From an uncultured virus (IMG/VR IMGVR_UViG_3300016471_000493) (lineage: Duplodnaviria > Heunggongvirae > Uroviricota > Caudoviricetes), in the IMG/VR virus record IMGVR_UViG_3300016471_000493: a stretch of 64,000 nucleotides of DNA; one strand, 5' to 3'. The translations under genes and the position numbers were made by a program. Every line of letters begins with the position of its first letter. The stretch's first letter is position 1. The notes beneath the pieces are model-generated. The model saw only the letters and a list, made by a program, of their open reading frames with translations. It did not search any database and was not told the origin of the DNA. Positions 9,745-17,944 of this stretch are shown here, one piece after another.

Positions 9745-9900
9745 ATGAAAAAAACAACAAAAAACATTAAAATTTCAGTAGAATCACATACCAAATTAAA
9801 AAAATATTGTGATGGTAACGGAATAAAAATCTATAAGTTTTTAGAGAAACTTATCGAACAAAGTTGTTCCAAAAAAAAAGATATTTACGGGGAAGATTAA
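9745..9900 (+). CDS. Small ribbon-helix-helix-type DNA-binding protein, 51 aa
   Basis: MKKTTKNIKISVESHTKLKKYCDGNGIKIYKFLEKLIEQSCSKKKDIYGED*. Shows a beta-helix-helix pattern and is divergent from the sheath gene. Below the ORF-track size cut-off. Confidence 0.6.
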   Translation: MKKTTKNIKISVESHTKLKKYCDGNGIKIYKFLEKLIEQSCSKKKDIYGED

Positions 9901-9942
9901 TTGAGATGTCTAGACAAGATCTCTAACACAAAGAGTGTTTGT

Positions 9943-10065
9943 TTATGTAGGAATAATAGAACTTTTTGGTGTTTGAGTAGGCGTTTCAGTATTTGTTGGT
10001 GTTGGAGTAGTTTATGGATAACATGAATAACTTGTTCTAACTATTACTTTTTTAGGTAGCGCCAT
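9943..10065 (-). pseudogene. Relic of the gp15-like fusion gene start (MALPKKVI...) followed by an out-of-frame Thr/Pro repeat
   Basis: ATG at 10065 reads MALPKKVIVRTSYSCYP*, then TTPTPTNTETPTQTPKSSIIPT* in another frame. 10042-10101 matches 15362-15421 at 55/60 nt. Confidence 0.75.
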
Positions 10066-11271
10066 TTATGTGTTTTTTTGATAAGTGCCCGTTTGCCAAT
10101 ATGTGTTACCACTGAGGACTTTGGTAATACTAGAGGTTATGTCGTCTTCGTAAAAATATTTTATATTATTAATATCAGAGAAATTTACAGTTTGTCCCGT
10201 GTAAGGAGATATGTTTAGATAATTAGCTATCTTATCCATTCGTATTGCAACACCAACTTGATAACCCAAATTAGTCCCATCGCCAATCTGATAAATTGCT
10301 GCGGTAATTCCTACATATTTATATGTACCACCAAAATTAGCAATTAAAGGTTCACCACAACAGAAGCCCCACGACGGATAGGCACAAACGAGTCCTGAAG
10401 GGGTGGTTGTTCCACTAGCCTGAAAGTATAATATATTTTCAAAATTAACAATACCATAATTACTACCTAACCTACATTCACCTTGACCACACACTTTTAA
10501 TTTAACTACCCCCTGACCACGCCCACCGCCACCCCCACAAGAAGCCCATAGGTACAAACCCGACCCTAGAAGACTATCAATTTCATTAGAATTTGCAAAT
10601 TCAATATAATTAGTTATTCCAGTTAAACCATATGGTTTCCAAGAAACAGAGGAATCAAAATCGGAGGAGCTAATAGTAATCAGTGATACATTAACGTCAT
10701 TAAATTTAGGAACTCTTTTTAACATCGAAATTTTTTTAGTAACCCCAATGAAATCGTTACCTTGGCTAAATGTCGGATCACTAAACGTAGGTAGACTCCA
10801 ATTGGCACAAAGTTCATCAGGATTCGTTTGGCTATAACAAACCAAACCAACAACAGAGTTTGTGTCATTATCAACACAAATCATCCCTAAAGTACTTTCA
10901 CTATTTATAGTATTTTTAAGTCTAAGACCGCCCTGCAACGGTCTAATTCGGCCACCACTAGGATTTGTTCCAGCAGTATACGAAAAATAGTTTGGGCAAT
11001 ATTGAGAATTATCGGTTGATGTTAATCCTGTTGGAACTCCAGTATACTGACGGTATAATTGATTAATCGACGTACCAGACGGGACATTATTTGTTAGGAC
11101 ACCATTAGTGTATGATGTATTAAACTCATTAACAGAAACACCACTTATTTGATCAAATAAAGTCACAGAGCAATCTTCATTTTCAAAATAAGAAGGTGTC
11201 ATTTCTTGAAACCCCCGAAAAAACTGATAATTATAAATTGGTGGTACTGAAAATTTCGAAATATTCATCAT
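10066..11271 (-). CDS. Nal1-like trypsin-fold protease paralog, catalytically degenerate
   Basis: Retains the IRPLQGG, TLGMICVDNDTNSVVGL, WKPYGLTGIT and IRMDKIA scaffold. The His site reads LVCYSQ, the Asp site VNVSL and the Ser site GFCCGE. Lacks the Nal1-type N-terminal domain. Confidence 0.7.
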   Translation of the reverse strand: MMNISKFSVPPIYNYQFFRGFQEMTPSYFENEDCSVTLFDQISGVSVNEFNTSYTNGVLTNNVPSGTSINQLYRQYTGVPTGLTSTDNSQYCPNYFSYTAGTNPSGGRIRPLQGGLRLKNTINSESTLGMICVDNDTNSVVGLVCYSQTNPDELCANWSLPTFSDPTFSQGNDFIGVTKKISMLKRVPKFNDVNVSLITISSSDFDSSVSWKPYGLTGITNYIEFANSNEIDSLLGSGLYLWASCGGGGGRGQGVVKLKVCGQGECRLGSNYGIVNFENILYFQASGTTTPSGLVCAYPSWGFCCGEPLIANFGGTYKYVGITAAIYQIGDGTNLGYQVGVAIRMDKIANYLNISPYTGQTVNFSDINNIKYFYEDDITSSITKVLSGNTYWQTGTYQKNT

Positions 11272-11314
11272 AATTTTATGTTTTGTAAAATATTTTAATA
11301 TTACAGAATCGTTT

Positions 11315-12619
11315 TTAGAGATTGGGAATAAATTTGTAATAAGACGCCATGGTTTTATTGATGTTTATGTTATAAGATCCTGCCTGCCAATAAGTATTGC
11401 CAGATAATGATATAGTGAGAGGAGTATTCAAATACGGTACTTGGTAAATAGAAGTACTTGGATTATCAATACAATTTTTACTATCCCCAGACCAAGGTGA
11501 AATGTTCAACAAATTTGAAATTCGGTCTATTCTGCAAATAAGACCTAGCGACCATTCTAGTCCTAAAAAAACACTACTAGCGGCAAAGACTAAACCAACA
11601 ATTTTGGGAACACCATCAAAAAAAGCATACACCATAGACCCAGAATCCCCTGGACGAACAACACTCGAACAAATAGTGCCAGAAGGTATTGAAGTGCCAG
11701 ACGCCACACATGATATTATATCGTCAAAATAAGAAATCTGGCCACCAAACCTGACAGGAACTTGGTACCCAACTTGTACATTACCGATAGAGAACGCATA
11801 CATTTTTATTAATCCCTCACCTTTAGGGCCAGTAGTTCTTCCACTACTATACATTGGGTTTCTTGTTGAAAGTAGACTGTTAATTTCATTTGTCGACGCA
11901 AATGTCGGGGGGGTGGTCAAACCAGTTAAACCTATTTGTTTCCATGAATCATCATTTGTCACAGCACTTGATGGTAGGGTTAATAATGCGGCATCAATAT
12001 AGTTAACACATTGTCCAGAATAACAAAGCCCTGGTTTCAACATATAAGACCTCTTCACAATACCTAATAATTTATTAGATAATATTTGGTCTTGATACAC
12101 AAATGGTCTTACATAGTTTACTAACGAAAACGCGTCGTTAAACCAATGATAACCTTTACCAAAAGAAGAACCAATATCGTTTAAATATTGTGTTTCATAT
12201 GGTGCGCTACACGAAATAACGTGAAGATTTGTAACACCAACCAAGGTATTATCTTGATTGTCAACAGCAACAAACCCCATAGTTCCAAGACCACAATTTG
12301 TTGCAATTTGAGTTCCTCCACGAATAGGTCTTCTATAGAGTTGATTTTGCGAAGGATTATTAGAAATAGAACATAAGGCTAGTGGTATAGGTAATTGGAT
12401 TACATCGGTTTCAAACACTTGACCATCAAGGTCAAGTTGTTTTGGAATGACTTGATTTTCATTCAATTCTGATAATTTTTTTTTCTCTAAAACATAGTAT
12501 TGAACACATAATTTATTTGTAATTAGGCCGTTTATAATCTTAAAACCGTAGCTAACACTGTGAATATTTTCATCAGTGTTTATAAAAATGTTATTGAGGT
12601 GTTTTAAATCAAGTGTCAT
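11315..12619 (-). CDS. Nal1-like trypsin-fold serine protease
   Basis: N-terminal domain SVSYGFKI.NG..T......V..KK..L....IP......G....TDV; triad TNLHVI / IDAALL / PGDSGS. Confidence 0.8.
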   Translation of the reverse strand: MTLDLKHLNNIFINTDENIHSVSYGFKIINGLITNKLCVQYYVLEKKKLSELNENQVIPKQLDLDGQVFETDVIQLPIPLALCSISNNPSQNQLYRRPIRGGTQIATNCGLGTMGFVAVDNQDNTLVGVTNLHVISCSAPYETQYLNDIGSSFGKGYHWFNDAFSLVNYVRPFVYQDQILSNKLLGIVKRSYMLKPGLCYSGQCVNYIDAALLTLPSSAVTNDDSWKQIGLTGLTTPPTFASTNEINSLLSTRNPMYSSGRTTGPKGEGLIKMYAFSIGNVQVGYQVPVRFGGQISYFDDIISCVASGTSIPSGTICSSVVRPGDSGSMVYAFFDGVPKIVGLVFAASSVFLGLEWSLGLICRIDRISNLLNISPWSGDSKNCIDNPSTSIYQVPYLNTPLTISLSGNTYWQAGSYNININKTMASYYKFIPNL

Positions 12620-12622
12620 AAT

Positions 12623-15385
12623 TTATGAGATATAGAAATATGTAGTTCCTGATGAAACTGGGCAATTTATGTTATTATCGTTGTTGCAAATGTTTAAATT
12701 TTCATAGTAAGTTCCGTAATAGTAATCTATAAAATTAAACTGTGGAGGTAAATTAGCGGCAGGAACAACTACAAAAAATTGCCAACAACAGGGTAAAATT
12801 AAATTTGGAATACCATACGGATTTTCTAAAAAAATAGTTCCCTTACCATTTTCCAAAACTTCTATGTGATTAATTCTGACCAAAATAGCCCAAGTATTTT
12901 CATATGAAAAACATGGAAAAAAATACGCAATAACGTCAAACGAAGAACACAAACTTACAGAAGTAATTGTGTTACCACTATTTTCCCAATAAATTACATA
13001 AGAAGGGGTTGATCTATTGGCCGTAAAATAAAAAGCTTGATATGAATTAGAAGCACGTAACACTGGCTGTTCATTAGAAACATTATAAATTTTGTCTCCA
13101 ACCGTTAAAGTGTTAAGCGGCTTTAATGAATAATAATCATTTGATAATACGGTGTTTATATCGCCAACACTTCCACAAGCATCGTATGGGGTCATACTCA
13201 CATTTTGAACCCCCCAAAGACTGTATTTAAACCCTTGACTTGGACTAGGGGTCATAGTATTGGTCATGGTCGGTGTTGGTGCCATTGGTGTTGGTGTTAC
13301 CAAAACAGAGCATAAAGCCACAGATGTAATTGTAGACACTGTGTTACTCCACCATACTACGTATTTAGGCGTAGACATGTCTTGTGTTGCCGAAAAGGCT
13401 CTGTATCTATTTGCAAAACTTATTATCGGAGTATTATCTATAATATAATAAATAACATCACCAGGACTTAGTTGATTGAGTGGTTTTACTGAATACGCAT
13501 AAAGGATTGCGGTCTCAGTGGTTAACTCTTCACAAGCAACGTTTGCACTGTTTGAACCTCCGGCTGAAAGTATACCATATAAAAAATATTTAACACTAGA
13601 AGAAGTATTAGTCAAGGTGGGTGTAATAGATCTTGTTGGTGTTAGTATGGGAGTTTCAGTTGGAGTTACTGTTTGTGTCGAAGTGAGTGTTGGCGTTATT
13701 GATGGTGTAAGACTAATAGTGGGCGTTATTGAAGGTGTGTTTGTTAAAGTAACAGACGGTGTCAAGGTATTAGACGGGGAGTTTGTTAGTGTAGGAGTTA
13801 TCGAACCTGTTGGTGTTATAGGGGTTGATGAGGGGGTCAAATTAGGTACATGAACAAAAATGTTTGTGAAAGAGATACAAAAAGAACCACAGGTGCCCAA
13901 AGAAACTATAGAATAACTATCGGCAACAACTATCGTATATGCCACGGCACATATCGTAGTTGTTTGTCTTGAAACTAAAGATATTGACAATACGGTTGGT
14001 TGTGATGTACACGCTGAATATATTAATAATAAAGGTTGTTCAGAACTTGATGTGTTGGTAATTTGATAATTGTAACACGTATAAGTATAAGTTTCACAAC
14101 CTGAAGTAGAGGTAGAAGAAGGAGTAGGAGTAGTTGTCGGCGTTGATGTTGGAGATGATGTTAACGAGGGGGTTGGTGTAGGAGTTATGGAACTTGTTGG
14201 TGTTAATGCTTGAGATGGTGTTACAGAGGGTGTTGGAGTATTTGTTGGTGTGTTTGTGGGGGTAACTGTATTACTCGGTGTAACGGATGGGGCTAGAAGA
14301 TCAAAAGTTAAATTTTGAGGTGACCCGATCAAAGAAACCGCATAAGTAATAATTGAGGTTGGATCATTATTTTGTTGGGTAATCTCAAATCTCAATCGAT
14401 CACCCGTATTTACCTCAAAATTGATTACATTAGTCCCATAAAAATCAAATTCTGAGCTTGTGTTTAAACTAACAAATAAGTCATATGAACTTACATTTTG
14501 TGTAGATAATATTGTAAAAGTACCCGTATAATCAACATTTATTGTACGAACTACAGGAGAATTCCTAACCGCTTGAACTGTTAGATCAAATACACCTTCA
14601 TTTACAGGGAATATTTTTCTTTTTCGATTGATTGGTTTGAAATTTGTTTCGAAAACATTCAATACTCTTGATACCGCAGGAGCCACCTCGAATTTGTCTT
14701 GATCTAAAATAAATCCCAACATAGTGAAATCATAATTCTGAATGTAAAATCTACGTTTGTCGATTTGAGTTACAGATTCATCAGAAATGTTTGAATTTAT
14801 AATCGGAATGAAATGACCGTTAACTTTTGTGTAAGCTTGACGAGACGCGAAAGTTTGAATTACATTTTTATTGAACTCGTTGAGTTCTCTCATACGATTA
14901 CAAATTATTTTAACGTTAAATGAAATATCAACAGGTACTGGTTGGGGAATTTTATAAATGTCTAATCCCTTTGTGTTACCATTCCAAGTTGGGACCGCGG
15001 CATAAAAGAATTCTTTTTGATTTGGGATATTATAAAGTGTTGCTGGATTTGTACCATATTTAACTTCAGGAACTCTAACTACAGTAATAAATGGCGGTTC
15101 TGTGTTACCATTCAAATCTTGAAAAGACCACGTTTGTGTAAATTGAGCCCAATTTTGTGTGGTAATAAGAATGTCAACAGTAGGTATAATCTTACCATCA
15201 ACGATTGTTTTTAACTCGTTTTTTACAAAATCCAAAAACCCCCTATCTAAATCAGCATAATCTAAATTCTTTGGAAGGTATGTACCATCATTTGTGATGT
15301 CCTCCAACAATTGTTCTCTTCTCTCCAATAATATTTTTGGAGGAACTAAATTAATATTTGGTATTACTTTTTTGGGTAACGCCAT
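12623..15385 (-). CDS. Tail terminator/neck protein (gp15-like N-terminal ~250 aa) fused to Thr/Pro linkers and Cys-rich accessory modules
   Basis: N-terminal LDRGFLDFV..PFITVVR..PQPVPVDISFNVKI resembles gp15-type proteins. It is followed by TPT tracts and modules shared with the neighbouring protease genes. Confidence 0.6.
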   Translation of the reverse strand: MALPKKVIPNINLVPPKILLERREQLLEDITNDGTYLPKNLDYADLDRGFLDFVKNELKTIVDGKIIPTVDILITTQNWAQFTQTWSFQDLNGNTEPPFITVVRVPEVKYGTNPATLYNIPNQKEFFYAAVPTWNGNTKGLDIYKIPQPVPVDISFNVKIICNRMRELNEFNKNVIQTFASRQAYTKVNGHFIPIINSNISDESVTQIDKRRFYIQNYDFTMLGFILDQDKFEVAPAVSRVLNVFETNFKPINRKRKIFPVNEGVFDLTVQAVRNSPVVRTINVDYTGTFTILSTQNVSSYDLFVSLNTSSEFDFYGTNVINFEVNTGDRLRFEITQQNNDPTSIITYAVSLIGSPQNLTFDLLAPSVTPSNTVTPTNTPTNTPTPSVTPSQALTPTSSITPTPTPSLTSSPTSTPTTTPTPSSTSTSGCETYTYTCYNYQITNTSSSEQPLLLIYSACTSQPTVLSISLVSRQTTTICAVAYTIVVADSYSIVSLGTCGSFCISFTNIFVHVPNLTPSSTPITPTGSITPTLTNSPSNTLTPSVTLTNTPSITPTISLTPSITPTLTSTQTVTPTETPILTPTRSITPTLTNTSSSVKYFLYGILSAGGSNSANVACEELTTETAILYAYSVKPLNQLSPGDVIYYIIDNTPIISFANRYRAFSATQDMSTPKYVVWWSNTVSTITSVALCSVLVTPTPMAPTPTMTNTMTPSPSQGFKYSLWGVQNVSMTPYDACGSVGDINTVLSNDYYSLKPLNTLTVGDKIYNVSNEQPVLRASNSYQAFYFTANRSTPSYVIYWENSGNTITSVSLCSSFDVIAYFFPCFSYENTWAILVRINHIEVLENGKGTIFLENPYGIPNLILPCCWQFFVVVPAANLPPQFNFIDYYYGTYYENLNICNNDNNINCPVSSGTTYFYIS

Positions 15386-16651
15386 TTATGTGTTTTTTTG
15401 ATAAGCACCCATTTGCCAATAAACTTTACCATCAATAGTTTTAGTAAGGCCAGAAGACATTGTGTTTTCATAAATATATTGAATATTATTTATATTTGAA
15501 AAATTAACAGTTTGACCCGTATATGGTGATAAATTTAACTCTTCTGCGACTTTATCTATACGACATGCAATCCCAAAAATTGTTCTACCTGAAGCATCCG
15601 TACTGGCACCATAAGCTAGTCCAACTATTTTTTTAACACCATTAAAGTCGGCAATAACAACACTTCCAGAATCTCCAGGAGCAATCGGATATTGACAAAC
15701 TAGACCAGTTGGCGTAGTTGCACCAGAAGCGACAAAAAGAAAACAATCATTAATAGTAACAAAAGTAGAACCGTTTCCTGTGGGTAAACTATTTTGGCCT
15801 ATAAAAATAATACCAAACTGACCATAAACCTTTAATTTCACAGAGTCTTGACCTTTAGGCCCAGTTCTAGCACCAGTAGAGTAAAGATTTGGATTGGTTA
15901 TAAATAAATTATCAATTTCTGAAGTTGACGCAAAAGTTAAGTAGTCAGTTATCCCAGTTAAACCAAAAGGTTTCCAAGAGACGTTAGGGTCAAATGCGCT
16001 CTCAGGTATTGTAAAAACCGCGGCATCCGTAAAATTTTTTTTAGGCAAGAAGTCAAATGGTGAATATTTTTTTAAAATACCAATCTGATTGACATTTAAT
16101 GGGTTTGAAGCCACTGGTTGTGAAACCACATTATTTACATTTGAAAAAAATACCCAATTTGGACATTTATTAATCGTATTTACGCTCTCACCACATATCA
16201 CATGTGAATTAGTCAAACCAACCAAAGAGTTAGTGTCATTGTCAACACAAACTAAACCAATTGTGCCATACGAATTACCAAATTTTTGCATATTAATTTT
16301 TGTACCACCTTGAATTGGTCGTATAAAATTTTGATTCGCGGGCGTAGACGCCGTCCAAGAATTCCAAGGTGGTGGACAAAATGTTGAATTACTAGTAGCT
16401 TGTACAGATTGAAGTAAACTAATACGTACCTCGACAACATCAGTTAAAATATTTTCACCATCTATAACATAATTTAAAGGAATAACTTCGGATTCGGTCA
16501 ACTCAGATAATGGTTTTTTTTTATTTACCAAAAAAACAATAGAAGGTTGAGTAGTGACATTATTTTTTTTAATTTTATAACCGTAAAATATTCCTGAAAT
16601 GTTCGGAAACTCAAAATAAATTTTTCTAAGTTGATTAGTAATGTTTTTCAT
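15386..16651 (-). CDS. Nal1-like trypsin-fold serine protease
   Basis: N-terminal domain GIFYGYKIK..TDVVE; triad TNSHVI / TDAAVF / PGDSGS. Confidence 0.8.
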   Translation of the reverse strand: MKNITNQLRKIYFEFPNISGIFYGYKIKKNNVTTQPSIVFLVNKKKPLSELTESEVIPLNYVIDGENILTDVVEVRISLLQSVQATSNSTFCPPPWNSWTASTPANQNFIRPIQGGTKINMQKFGNSYGTIGLVCVDNDTNSLVGLTNSHVICGESVNTINKCPNWVFFSNVNNVVSQPVASNPLNVNQIGILKKYSPFDFLPKKNFTDAAVFTIPESAFDPNVSWKPFGLTGITDYLTFASTSEIDNLFITNPNLYSTGARTGPKGQDSVKLKVYGQFGIIFIGQNSLPTGNGSTFVTINDCFLFVASGATTPTGLVCQYPIAPGDSGSVVIADFNGVKKIVGLAYGASTDASGRTIFGIACRIDKVAEELNLSPYTGQTVNFSNINNIQYIYENTMSSGLTKTIDGKVYWQMGAYQKNT

Positions 16652-16663
16652 ATTATTTAAAAT

Positions 16664-17944
16664 TTATAAATTTGGTATATGTTGGTATACAGTACCAACA
16701 TAATTTGGGACATTAACACTATAAGTTCCTGCTTGCCAATACGTTTTATTGTTAATTGTTAATTTAACATCAGATTGTAGAATATTTGAAAAATTAACAA
16801 CACTAATTTGTGTTGTGTCTGTGTAAGAAACCGATTGACCAGTCCAAGGCGAAATATCTAATAAAGATGATATTCTGTCTATTCTACACATAACACCAAT
16901 CCCAAAAGATTGACTTAAATAATTGCCTCCAGCAAAAAATAACCCAACAATTTTTGGAATATTATTGAAATAGCCAATAACCGCAGAACCCGAGTCTCCA
17001 GGATTAATAACATTAGGACAAATACTTCCAGGAGTGACAGTTGTGGCGCTAGCAACAACACCAATACAGTCAGAAAAAAATACAGTTGGACTTCCAAGAG
17101 TATATCTTGGTATTGAGTAACCAACTGAGGTTGTATAATTCGATATTAAAGGAATTAATTTACGTATTCCCTCACCTTTTGGTCCTGTAGTTCTTCCAGT
17201 ACTATACAAAAAAGTTTTATTTTGAACTAAACTATTAATTTCTTGAGTTGTTGCAAAGATTGGTGGTGTCGTTATACCTGTAAGTCCAATTTGTTTCCAA
17301 GAGTCTGTGGAGGTTACTGCCGAAGATGGCAGTGTTAACAATGCGGCGTCAATATAATTAAATAACTGGTACGCCGCAGGAATAAGAGGGTAACTTCTTT
17401 TAACTAGTCCTAAAAATTGTGACGTATTTTGAAAAACGGGTCTATTAACTAAAGTATAATAATCGTTTTTCCAAAAAGGGTTATACACCCCTAACCCATA
17501 AAACGAATTAAATGGAACATGTTGTGCAATTACGTGTAAATTAGTTACACCAACTAACGTGTTGTCCTGATTATCTACAGCAACAAACCCAAGCGTACCG
17601 TCCCCGGATTGGTTTGGAACTCCGCCTCTAATTTGAGAGCCGCCTAAAATTGGTCGTCTATATTTTATATTTTCAGAAGGATCACCAAAATTACACGAAA
17701 GAATCTCAGGTGATGGATACTCTACAACATCAGTAGAATAATTTACCCCATCAATTTCAATAGTTTCAGGAATTAGATCGTTAGGATCAATGTCAGAGAT
17801 TGGTTTTTTACTAGTTACTCCGAAATGTATAGCTAGTTCATCCAAAATTTTACCGTCTTTTATACGATATCCAAACCCAACAGAGTGTACGTTATCATTG
17901 TTGTTTTGAATCAAATGTGATAATGAAGAATGTGGTGTAATCAT
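16664..17944 (-). CDS. Nal1-like trypsin-fold serine protease (likely start ATG 17944, in an ATGA overlap with the upstream stop)
   Basis: N-terminal domain SVGFGYRIKDG..TDVVE; triad TNLHVI / IDAALL / PGDSGS; ends QHIPNL. Confidence 0.8.
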   Translation of the reverse strand: MITPHSSLSHLIQNNNDNVHSVGFGYRIKDGKILDELAIHFGVTSKKPISDIDPNDLIPETIEIDGVNYSTDVVEYPSPEILSCNFGDPSENIKYRRPILGGSQIRGGVPNQSGDGTLGFVAVDNQDNTLVGVTNLHVIAQHVPFNSFYGLGVYNPFWKNDYYTLVNRPVFQNTSQFLGLVKRSYPLIPAAYQLFNYIDAALLTLPSSAVTSTDSWKQIGLTGITTPPIFATTQEINSLVQNKTFLYSTGRTTGPKGEGIRKLIPLISNYTTSVGYSIPRYTLGSPTVFFSDCIGVVASATTVTPGSICPNVINPGDSGSAVIGYFNNIPKIVGLFFAGGNYLSQSFGIGVMCRIDRISSLLDISPWTGQSVSYTDTTQISVVNFSNILQSDVKLTINNKTYWQAGTYSVNVPNYVGTVYQHIPNL